The position numbers and the translations under genes were made by a program. A DNA stretch of 64,000 nucleotides from Anaerolineales bacterium (GTDB taxonomy: Bacteria > Chloroflexota > Anaerolineae > Anaerolineales > Villigracilaceae): NCBI GenBank assembly GCA_034432895.1, contig DAOUBG010000007.1:6956-70955 (forward strand). The letters are read 5' to 3'. Each line of letters starts with the position of its first letter. Position 1 is the first letter of the stretch. This document shows positions 19,106 through 26,719 of this stretch, one piece after another. A model generated the notes under the pieces. It did no database searches. It worked only from the letters and a program-made list of their open reading frames with translations, and had not been told where the DNA came from.

Positions 19106-19787
19106 TCCTCAGGAAATTCAAAAATTCGATGCGGTTGCCCAATGGTGGGATCCGCGCGGCGAGATGGGCACATTGCACGTGATCAACCCGTTGCGGGTGC
19201 AGTTCATCCTTGAAAAAGTTGAGGTAGATCATCCGCGTGTGCTGGATGTTGGCTGTGGTGGCGGCATTTTGAGCGAAGCGCTGGCACGTCGCGGCGCTCA
19301 GGTGACGGGCATCGATCTTTCACAAGCGGCAATCGCAGTGGCGCAACGTCACGCTCAGGAACAGGGATTAGAAGTAGAATATCGCTATCAGAGTGCCGAG
19401 GCCCTGGCCGAAGCAATGCCAGAGTCGTTTGATATCGTCACTTGCCTGGAGATGCTAGAGCACGTCCCGCAGCCGCAAGCGGTGGTGGCGGCCTGTGCAC
19501 GCGCCGTCAAACCTGGCGGACACGTCATCTTTTCAACGATCAATCGCACCCCGAAGGCTTTTCTGTTCGTGATTATCGGCGGCGAATACATTCTGCGCCT
19601 GTTGCGCCCGGGAACTCATGACTACCGCAAATTCATTCGCCCTGCTGAGCTCCGCGCTTGGGCCGAGGCAAATGGCCTACGCTTCGTACGATTGGCCAGT
19701 TTGCTGTATAATCCTTTCACCCGTCGTTTTCGGATGGCAGAAGGTGTAGAGGATAATAATTACTTCATGCATTTCGTTAAACCCTGA
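19083..19787 (+). CDS. ubiG: UbiG-like SAM-dependent O-methyltransferase
   Basis: The protein is collinear with my recollection of E. coli UbiG: FDAVAQWWDPRGEMGTLHVINPLRVQFI, VLDVGCGGGILSEALARRGAQVTGIDL, DIVTCLEMLEHVPQPQAVV, KPGGHVIFSTINRT, GTHDYRKFIRPAEL. It overlaps the upstream gene by 23 nt. Confidence 0.8.
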   Translation: MSSFINADPQEIQKFDAVAQWWDPRGEMGTLHVINPLRVQFILEKVEVDHPRVLDVGCGGGILSEALARRGAQVTGIDLSQAAIAVAQRHAQEQGLEVEYRYQSAEALAEAMPESFDIVTCLEMLEHVPQPQAVVAACARAVKPGGHVIFSTINRTPKAFLFVIIGGEYILRLLRPGTHDYRKFIRPAELRAWAEANGLRFVRLASLLYNPFTRRFRMAEGVEDNNYFMHFVKP

Positions 19788-19798
19788 GGGAGGATGCG

Positions 19799-20701
19799 AT
19801 GCAGCGCTTCTTTGCTCTTTCGCGCACAACACACGGCATCTTGGATATTGCCGCTCCCGGTTTTGTCGCTTTGCTCTGGTTAGGTGATTTTCCGAGTTGG
19901 AGCACCTTGCTCCTTTCCCTTTTCACGGCCTTCGCTGCCTATACTGCGATTTATGCGTTGAATGACCTAGTCGGCGTGATGACCGATAAAGAGAAGGTGG
20001 CCGGTGGGCTGAAAGAGGGATATTCGGTGGAGGCTTCGGCGTTTCGTTACCCGCTGGCACAAGGCGTGCTCGATTATCGGAGTGGCGCGCTTTGGTTCTT
20101 GGGATGGTTCCTCGTGGCCCTGATCGGGTGTTATTGGCTCAACCCAGTTATCGTGTGGATCCTGTTCGCTGCTGCCGTTCTAGAGGTTATTTACTGCTTG
20201 TTGCTAAAGGTGACCTATCTGCGCACCCTGGTGAGCGGTTTGGTGAAGTCAAGTGGCCCGATCGCGGCGATCTTCGTCGTGCAGCCAAATCCGGATTGGC
20301 GTTGGTTGCTGCTGACACTAGCTTGGGTGTTTTTCTGGGAGATCGGCGGGCAGAATATCCCGGCCGATTGGAACGACGTAGAAGAGGACCAACGGGTAGG
20401 TGCAAAAACGATCATCATCCGTTTTGGCCCGCGCGTGGCCGGGATTATCGCTTTTCTTTCCTTGAGCGTAACCATGGTGCTAAGTCTTTTCCTACCACGC
20501 ATTTCCCCGCTTCCTCTAGGATGGCTTTACCTCGTGGGGACTATCCTGATCGGCTTTTTCCTGCTTTTGTGCCCGGTCTACCGTCTGTATCGCTTGCAGG
20601 ATGGACGACTGGCGGCACGCTTGTTCGATCATGCCAGCTACTACCCGCTGGCGCAGATGATATGGATTGCCGTTTTTGTGCTCTGGTATAAGTTCTTTTA
20701 G
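19799..20701 (+). CDS. UbiA-superfamily prenyltransferase (polytopic membrane protein)
   Basis: The protein has about 8-9 hydrophobic segments. The first Asp-rich motif is atypical (YALNDLVGVMTD, i.e. NDxxGxxxD). The second motif is canonical (NDVEEDQRVGAKT). Confidence 0.8.
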   Translation: MQRFFALSRTTHGILDIAAPGFVALLWLGDFPSWSTLLLSLFTAFAAYTAIYALNDLVGVMTDKEKVAGGLKEGYSVEASAFRYPLAQGVLDYRSGALWFLGWFLVALIGCYWLNPVIVWILFAAAVLEVIYCLLLKVTYLRTLVSGLVKSSGPIAAIFVVQPNPDWRWLLLTLAWVFFWEIGGQNIPADWNDVEEDQRVGAKTIIIRFGPRVAGIIAFLSLSVTMVLSLFLPRISPLPLGWLYLVGTILIGFFLLLCPVYRLYRLQDGRLAARLFDHASYYPLAQMIWIAVFVLWYKFF

Positions 20702-20709
20702 GAGGTTCT

Positions 20710-21177
20710 ATGGCTCCGATCGCTGGACAAACAGCGCCCGATTTTGCCCTTCCGGATGAAAACGGAACGATCCGCCGACTTTCGGATTTCCGCGGGCGAT
20801 ATGTCGTGCTGTATTTTTATCCCAAAGATGATACGCCCGGTTGTACAACAGAGGCCTGCGAGTTTCGTGATGTCTATACGGAGTATGAACAGGCCGGGGT
20901 AGTGATCTTAGGCGTGAGCCCGGATTCGCCGCGTTCCCATGCTCGTTTCAAGCAAAAGCATCACCTTCCCTTTCCGTTGCTTGCAGATGAAGACCATGCC
21001 GTTTGTCAACAATACGGAGTATGGGGACGCAAGAAGTTTATGGGCCGGGAATATGACGGTGTCTTGCGCACCACCTTTTTAATCGATCCGCAAGGGACGA
21101 TCGTGCGCGTCTTTGAAAACGTGAAGCCGGCAGGGCACAGTCGAGAAGTGCTGGCGGCTCTTCCCCAAAGCGATTAA
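20710..21177 (+). CDS. bcp: thioredoxin-dependent peroxiredoxin Bcp
   Basis: The protein reads GQTAPDFALPDENG...VVLYFYPKDDTPGCTTEACEFRD. Confidence 0.9.
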   Translation: MAPIAGQTAPDFALPDENGTIRRLSDFRGRYVVLYFYPKDDTPGCTTEACEFRDVYTEYEQAGVVILGVSPDSPRSHARFKQKHHLPFPLLADEDHAVCQQYGVWGRKKFMGREYDGVLRTTFLIDPQGTIVRVFENVKPAGHSREVLAALPQSD

Positions 21178-21197
21178 CCATCCTTTGCGCGGCGCAG

Positions 21198-22772
21198 ATG
21201 CCGTTCTCTTTTTCGGGCACAATGGAAAATAGAGCGTTCTCGTTACTGGGCGCGTTGATCGAGGCAGAAAGTGAAGAAGCCATCATACGTGCTGTTATGC
21301 GAGCCGGGCAAGAGATCCTCGGCGCCGAAGGATGTGCTTTTATCCCCTTTGCCGAATGGAAGGTTAACGAGAATTATCTGGTCGAAGGGCGAGTGCCTCA
21401 ATCATTCGATGCCTCTCCTTGGGAGGAACGTCTGAAGCTCCCGGCGACTCGCCAGGCCTGTAAGCACTGTACCGCTCGGGTTTCAGATCGCTCGTGTTTG
21501 CTGTTCGCGGATAGCATCATCGAATCGAATTACGTCTTTTGCCTGCCGTTGTACCATCCTGAGGAGAAGGAGATAGGGGTAGTTAGTTTTTTCCTGTATC
21601 ATCCGCCGTTCTTGACTCCTGAGGTTCGAGAAAAGTTGAACGCTATACAGCAATTAGCGGCCAAGGCGCTGGCACGGGTGCAGCGAAGCGAACGCGAAAT
21701 GGAGGTCTTACGGCAAGTCCTGCGCTCTGTGGACGCTCAGCTAGACCCAAAAGAGTGGACAGAGCCACTTTTGGGTCGTCTGTTAGAACTGAGCGGCGCG
21801 GATTGCGCGGCCTTGTGGGATCAGACGGGACATTTGGTCTCGTTTCCGCCTCAGATTACTTTACCGCCCGCGGAACAAATCAAACACTGGTGGAAAATGC
21901 TAAAGGAACAGGAGCACGCTCGGCTGTTTACCCTGGCAGATCCTTTTGTTTCCGGTCTCCATCCTCACTGGGTGGTATTACCTTTACGTTGGAAAGGCGC
22001 GACCGAAGGCTTGTTGTTATTGGGGCATCGTGCTCCTTTGGGCCTTTCACGGCGCTTGCGGCAGATTTTGCAAGTGGCCGCGTTGCAATGGGCGCTACTT
22101 TTGCATTACCAGCATATGCTGGAAAATCTGGAATATCAGACCATCTTGGAGGAGCGAACGCGCCTGGCGCGCGAAATCCATGATGGGATTGCTCAGACTC
22201 TGGCTTTTCTCCAAGTGGAGATCGGACGATTGCAACTTTATCTGAACGAGGGCCGATTGGATGCACTCTCTCAAGGATTGCAGGCGTTTCGGCGTACGTT
22301 GAACGACGCTTTCCTTGAGCTGCGTCTGGCGATCGATCAATTGCGTCATTCGCCCCACGGAGATTGGTCTGCGTGGTTGCGAGAAACGGCGGAGGGCTTT
22401 AGTCGTCAAAGTCGCATTGAAACGCGTTGTCAGATTGCTTCGCTACCTGGGCTTCCCTCCCATATACAGGCGCAATTGAGTCGTATTGTGCAAGAGGCGC
22501 TGACCAATGTCTGGAAACATGCACAAGCTCACTCGGTCACAATACGTTGTCATCGGCAAGGATGTTACCTGCAATTGGAAATTACCGACGATGGACGCGG
22601 CTTTGATACGGAAAGGGAATTCTCATCCCAACATGGTTTGCAGGGCATGCGTGAGCGTGCGGTCGCAGTAGGGGCCGATCTCCGTATTTTTTCTGCACCC
22701 GGGGCTGGAACGACCGTCCAGCTGTCCCTGGACTTGAAGAAGATAATCGAAATCTGCGATGGAAACGGATAA
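21198..22772 (+). CDS. cytoplasmic sensor histidine kinase (GAF-like N-terminus, HisKA_3 + HATPase)
   Basis: It has the H-box EERTRLAREIHDGIAQTL and ATPase blocks QEALTNVWKHA, DDGRGF and GLQGMRERA. No TM segment is visible. Confidence 0.85.
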   Translation: MPFSFSGTMENRAFSLLGALIEAESEEAIIRAVMRAGQEILGAEGCAFIPFAEWKVNENYLVEGRVPQSFDASPWEERLKLPATRQACKHCTARVSDRSCLLFADSIIESNYVFCLPLYHPEEKEIGVVSFFLYHPPFLTPEVREKLNAIQQLAAKALARVQRSEREMEVLRQVLRSVDAQLDPKEWTEPLLGRLLELSGADCAALWDQTGHLVSFPPQITLPPAEQIKHWWKMLKEQEHARLFTLADPFVSGLHPHWVVLPLRWKGATEGLLLLGHRAPLGLSRRLRQILQVAALQWALLLHYQHMLENLEYQTILEERTRLAREIHDGIAQTLAFLQVEIGRLQLYLNEGRLDALSQGLQAFRRTLNDAFLELRLAIDQLRHSPHGDWSAWLRETAEGFSRQSRIETRCQIASLPGLPSHIQAQLSRIVQEALTNVWKHAQAHSVTIRCHRQGCYLQLEITDDGRGFDTEREFSSQHGLQGMRERAVAVGADLRIFSAPGAGTTVQLSLDLKKIIEICDGNG

Positions 22773-23412
22773 GCCGATCTCGGTATTCGTCGTAGATGAT
22801 CATTCCTTGTTCCGCCGAGGGTTGATCGCTCTTCTGCGCGAAATGCCGGAGTTTCGCGTTCTCGGCGAGGCCGGAGATGCAGGGACGGCCTTCGGGCGAA
22901 TTCTGCAAACCCATCCCCAGGTCGTTTTGCTCGATATACATATGCCATCGTCGAGCGGGCTTGAGTTATTGGGACAACTACGTCGTGCGGGGTTTGGCGG
23001 AAAGATCTTGATCCTGACCGTTTCCCAGGATGAAAGGGATGTTTTAAAGGCAATTGCCGATGGGGCTGATGGTTATCTGCTCAAAAATATTGAGCCGGAG
23101 AATTTGCGCCGGGTGCTTTTGGATGTGGTTCGAGGGCAATCTGTTCTATCTTCGGAAGTGACGCAGCATGTGTTGGAGCTGGTGCGGCAAAAGGATGTGC
23201 CGCGTCCCTCGCAGTTGACACCACGGGAAATGGAAGTATTGCAGGCTTTGTGCAGTGGAAAAAGCACGGCCCAGATTGCGGCCGAGCTCTTCCTTTCCGA
23301 AAATACCGTCAAGACGCACATTCAGCACATTTTTGAAAAAATGGGGGTACGGAATCGTACGGAGGCCGTGATCCGGGCGATCGAATTGGGATGGACCTCG
23401 CCCAAAGTGTGA
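22759..23412 (+). CDS. NarL/LuxR-family response regulator
   Basis: It has a REC domain (VFVVDDHSLFRRGL...LLDIHMP) and a LuxR HTH (LTPREMEVLQALCSGKSTAQIAAELFLSENTVKTHIQHIFEKMGV). It overlaps the kinase gene by 14 nt. Confidence 0.92.
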   Translation: METDKPISVFVVDDHSLFRRGLIALLREMPEFRVLGEAGDAGTAFGRILQTHPQVVLLDIHMPSSSGLELLGQLRRAGFGGKILILTVSQDERDVLKAIADGADGYLLKNIEPENLRRVLLDVVRGQSVLSSEVTQHVLELVRQKDVPRPSQLTPREMEVLQALCSGKSTAQIAAELFLSENTVKTHIQHIFEKMGVRNRTEAVIRAIELGWTSPKV

Positions 23413-23450
23413 TAAACTATGCGCGCTATTTTCTCATCTCGGAGGGAGTT

Positions 23451-24014
23451 ATGTCCACACGCGAAACGTATACCGTTCAAATTGCCGGCCTGACGCGACA
23501 TTTGCCTTTGTTTGAGATCAAACCTGGCCTGCGCATCGCCATCCTCAACATCTTGGGGGATACAGAATTGGTCCAGGCCTGTGCTCGAGAACTGGCCCAA
23601 CGCCTGCGCCATCGGGAATTCGATTTGCTGGTCACTGCGGAGGCCAAGTCCATTCCGCTGGCTCATGCGCTTTCCGTGGAATTAGGAAAGCCCTATATCG
23701 TGCTGCGCAAAACATACAAACCCTATATGGGCGATGCCATCATGGCCGAAACGCTTTCCATCACTACCGGCCAGCCGCAGGTGCTGATCCTGGATGAAAA
23801 GGATCGCGAAGCGGTAAAGGGCAAGAAAGCGTTGATCGTGGATGATGTGATCAGCACCGGTTCTACCTTGCAGGGAATGCGCATGGTGCTGGAAAAGGCC
23901 GGTGCACAGGTGGTCGGTGAAGCGGCGATCATGACGGAAGGGGAACGGGCACGCTGGTCGCATATTATTTCATTGGGGCATCTGCCGCTTTTCACTTCTG
24001 ATACTACAACGTAA
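23451..24014 (+). CDS. phosphoribosyltransferase family protein (adenine/purine PRTase-like)
   Basis: It has the PRPP-binding motif ALIVDDVISTGSTL. The start is taken at ATG 23451 (MSTRETY), preceded by GGAGGGAG. Confidence 0.75.
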   Translation: MSTRETYTVQIAGLTRHLPLFEIKPGLRIAILNILGDTELVQACARELAQRLRHREFDLLVTAEAKSIPLAHALSVELGKPYIVLRKTYKPYMGDAIMAETLSITTGQPQVLILDEKDREAVKGKKALIVDDVISTGSTLQGMRMVLEKAGAQVVGEAAIMTEGERARWSHIISLGHLPLFTSDTTT

Positions 24015-24094
24015 GAGAAAGCACTGTTATCCAACGGGCGCCTTTTCTTGGCTCCTGCTTCGTCCTCGCGACTCAAACGCAAAATTCGGATGGG

Positions 24095-24700
24095 ATGGGC
24101 ACGCGGATGGAATCGGAAGTGCTGGAATTGATTAAGCAGAAGCTGCCGAAATTGCTCACCGGAGACCCTCAATTTCGCGAATGGGTATGGCGCATCGTTC
24201 ATGAGTATGCCCTGCTCGCGCTGAGACAGAAGACCATTTTGAACGACTGCTCGCCGAACTCCAACACCTGCCCAGGAACAAGGTAAAATTCTCAACTTGA
24301 TTATGGACGATGATCGTCATATCGCTCGCGCCATCAGCTCCTTGAACACCTGGTGGAGTGTCGTAATAGAAGGCTCGTTTCAGAGTGCCTTGGAATTTAT
24401 CCTGCAAAGATCATCGTCGATTGTTTTTGAACGGGTGGAGTACAGGGATGGAGGTGAAGTTTTTGGTAGGCCGGATATCGTGGAGCTGAATATCATCCTT
24501 TGCGATGGAGAAGTATTGGCATGCGAATTCAAAGCCTGGGTAAGCAAAAACGATCTCTATTCCTTTTGGCAGAAGGTCAAGTCCTATGAAAGCCGTTTTA
24601 ACCGCAAGGTGAATCGTGCCTTGCTCATGAGAAAGACCTCGTACTTGCCAAATCGTTGGGGCTTGAGATCCACGCAAGCGTTCAAGATGCTTTGTCATAA
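24095..24700 (+). pseudogene. frameshifted remnant of a DUF3782-like (PD-(D/E)xK-type) gene
   Basis: Three frames together give EVLELIKQKLPKLLTGDPQFREW..., then FERLLAELQHL..., then GGEVFGRPDIVELNIILCDGEVLACEFKAWVSKNDLYSFWQKVKSYESRFNRK..., then LAKSLGLEIHASVQDALS*. From memory this is collinear with intact family members from thermophiles and cyanobacteria. At least two frameshifts are needed. Confidence 0.6.
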
Positions 24701-24790
24701 CGCTTGTCGGTTTTCTCGTTGTGCCTGGGTTCGTCACAACGAGAAAGCAAAAAGACTCCTCTACCAAAGAGGAGCCTTTTTCTTTTTCAG

Positions 24791-24872
24791 TGCGCTGGGT
24801 GGGAGTTGAACCCACACGCCTCGCGGCACATGGCCCTCAACCATGCCTGTCTGCCAATTCCAGCACCAGCGC
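24791..24872 (-). tRNA. tRNA-Leu (anticodon GAG)
   Basis: The minus strand folds by hand: GCGCTGG acceptor, 3-bp D stem, CATGG-TTGAGGG-CCATG anticodon arm, long variable arm, GTGGG-TTCAACT-CCCAC T arm, CCAGCGC-A. No CCA is encoded. Confidence 0.9.
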
Positions 24873-24882
24873 AAGCACCCGT

Positions 24883-24910
24883 ATTATAATCGCCTTCGGA
24901 TACTTGTCAA
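24883..24910 (-). promoter_or_regulatory. consensus promoter of tRNA-Leu(GAG)
   Basis: The minus strand has TTGACA (24910-24905), a 16-nt spacer and TATAAT (24888-24883), about 10 nt upstream of the tRNA 5' end. Confidence 0.65.
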
Positions 24911-24990
24911 GCAAACTCGCCCCTCAGCGAGGCAATGGCGGAGCAATCATCAGATTGTCTAATGCAAACACCTTTCTCAGGAGGAAAAAG

Positions 24991-26016
24991 ATGCGCATAG
25001 CAGTAGATGCCATGGGAAGTGACCAATTCCCTCTCCCCGATGTGCAGGGAGCGGTGATGGCGGCGCGTGAGTATGGTGTGGAGATTCTCCTCGTCGGTGA
25101 TGAAGCGCGCGTGCGCCCGGTGCTGGAAGCGCAAAATGCGGCCGGGTTGCCAATTCGGTTGATCTACGCACCGGAGATGCTAACGATGGAGGATAAGGGC
25201 ATGGCGCTGGTGCTCAAGGCACGCCGCCCTCAAGCTCAAAACTCCATGGCTGTAGCGATTGACCTGGTAAAGAATGGCGAGGCGGATGCGTTTGTGACGG
25301 CAGGGAATACCGGCGCGGCAATGACCACTGCCTATTTTCGCCTGGGCACCCTGGCCGGTGTGGATAAGCCGGCCCTGGCTCCGGTCTTTCCGACGGCTAC
25401 CGGCTCTTGTGTCGTCCTAGATGTGGGTGCCAATCCCGATTGCAAGCCGGAAAATTTGTTGCAGTTTGCCATCATGGGCGCCACCTATGCCGAAGTGGTG
25501 CGTGGAGTTAAGAACCCATTGGTCGGTCTGATTTCCAACGGTGAGGAGGAAGGCAAAGGAAACGAGCTGGTGCGAGCTGCTACTCCTTTGCTCAAGGCCT
25601 CGGGATTGAATTTCTATGGCAATGTGGAGGGCAAAGAAGTAATTGGCGGCAAGGTGGATGTAGCCGTCACCGATGGTTTCACGGGAAATGTACTCCTCAA
25701 AACCGCCGAAGCGGTGGCGAAGTTGCTGAGCGATAAAATCAAGGAAGCCATTAAACAAGGTGGCCCGACGGCGCTCCTGGGAGGTATGTTGGTGCGTCCG
25801 GCGCTAGGAAAAGTAAAACAATTGCTCGATCCCAGCGAACATGGCGCGGCGCCCCTTTTGGGCGTGAACGGTTTGGTGTTTATCGGGCATGGCCGATCTG
25901 ATGCCATTGCCATTAAGAATGCTATTCGGGTGGCGAAGGAGGCCACCGAATCCGGCGTGCTGGAAGCGCTACGCACGGCGATTGAGGCCAATCTTGCCGC
26001 CAGGTCGGTGAGGTAA
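24991..26016 (+). CDS. plsX: phosphate acyltransferase PlsX
   Basis: The protein reads MRIAVDAMGSDQFP...DAFVTAGNTGA...DVGANPDCKPENLLQFA...TDGFTGNVLLKT. The start at 24991 follows AGGAGGAAAAAG. The longer ORF from 24721 runs across the tRNA gene. Confidence 0.93.
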   Translation: MRIAVDAMGSDQFPLPDVQGAVMAAREYGVEILLVGDEARVRPVLEAQNAAGLPIRLIYAPEMLTMEDKGMALVLKARRPQAQNSMAVAIDLVKNGEADAFVTAGNTGAAMTTAYFRLGTLAGVDKPALAPVFPTATGSCVVLDVGANPDCKPENLLQFAIMGATYAEVVRGVKNPLVGLISNGEEEGKGNELVRAATPLLKASGLNFYGNVEGKEVIGGKVDVAVTDGFTGNVLLKTAEAVAKLLSDKIKEAIKQGGPTALLGGMLVRPALGKVKQLLDPSEHGAAPLLGVNGLVFIGHGRSDAIAIKNAIRVAKEATESGVLEALRTAIEANLAARSVR

Positions 26017-26018
26017 CC

Positions 26019-26708
26019 ATGCGGATTGTGCGTAATGATAAATTGATCCAGCGCAATAGGCGCATTGGCCTGATCACCTCTTTGCTTTCGCTGGTGGTAT
26101 TGGGAGCCGGTGCGTTCATCTCACTGGGGATGAAAGAGCAATTCACCTGGGCGTTGGTAGCGCTGATCGTCGGTTTTCTCCTGAGCCAGGTGAGCATCTA
26201 TTACGGCAACCGTTGGGGGCGTTCGCCGCGCCCGGATCAAATCCTAGATGGAGTGCTCAAGGGATTGCCGGGACAGTATACGCTCTACCACTACGCGACT
26301 CCTGTTTCGCATTTGTTGATCGGGCCGGCCGGCGTTTGGGTGCTCTTGCCGTATTCTCAGAAGGGCACGATCCTCTATCGAAAAAAGCGTTGGATCCTGC
26401 GCGGCGGTGGGTTTTGGCAGGCTTATATGCGCATTTTTGGGCAGGAAGGGCTAGGACGCCCCGATGCCGAAGCCGAAGTCGAATTGCGTTATTTGCAGAA
26501 GGCCTTGCAGCGCCATTTTGGAATCGAATTACCCCCGCTGCGCGCCCTGTTGATCTTCACCCATCCCGAAAGCGAATTGCAACTGGAAGAAGAACCACTC
26601 TTCCCAGCTTTGCCGGCTAAAAAAGTGAAAGATTTCCTGCGCAAAGCGGCCAAAGAGGCCCCTTTGAGCGAATCCTGGCTGTGCAAGCTACAAGAGACCC
26701 TGGGCTGA
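26019..26708 (+). CDS. membrane protein with a NERD-like C-terminal domain
   Basis: Two N-terminal TM helices are followed by YTLYHYATPVSHLLIGPAGVWVLLPYSQKGTI. It starts 2 nt after the plsX stop. The functional call is weak. Confidence 0.5.
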   Translation: MRIVRNDKLIQRNRRIGLITSLLSLVVLGAGAFISLGMKEQFTWALVALIVGFLLSQVSIYYGNRWGRSPRPDQILDGVLKGLPGQYTLYHYATPVSHLLIGPAGVWVLLPYSQKGTILYRKKRWILRGGGFWQAYMRIFGQEGLGRPDAEAEVELRYLQKALQRHFGIELPPLRALLIFTHPESELQLEEEPLFPALPAKKVKDFLRKAAKEAPLSESWLCKLQETLG

Positions 26709-26719
26709 TCGACGAATTC

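Noticed and set aside
19799-20701. I considered the UbiA-family gene as the missing MenA, and the 19083 methyltransferase as MenG.
   Set aside because: This is not adopted, but it is also not excluded. The methyltransferase is UbiG-like rather than UbiE/MenG-like. The prenyltransferase has an atypical first motif and sits in a tightly coupled operon with a cyclase and a TIM barrel rather than with men genes. Phylogeny is needed.
24721-24990. The long N-terminal extension of the plsX ORF, and the antisense ORF 24411-24815, both beginning MGSTPT or similar.
   Set aside because: Both read through the tRNA-Leu(GAG) gene and its promoter. The same artefact occurs at 37080-37154 for dgt over tRNA-Leu(UAA).
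24015-24990. I looked for an integrated mobile element at either tRNA-Leu gene.
   Set aside because: The window contains no integrase, transposase or phage-like genes and no duplicated tRNA 3' segment. Only the decayed DUF3782-like remnant is present.
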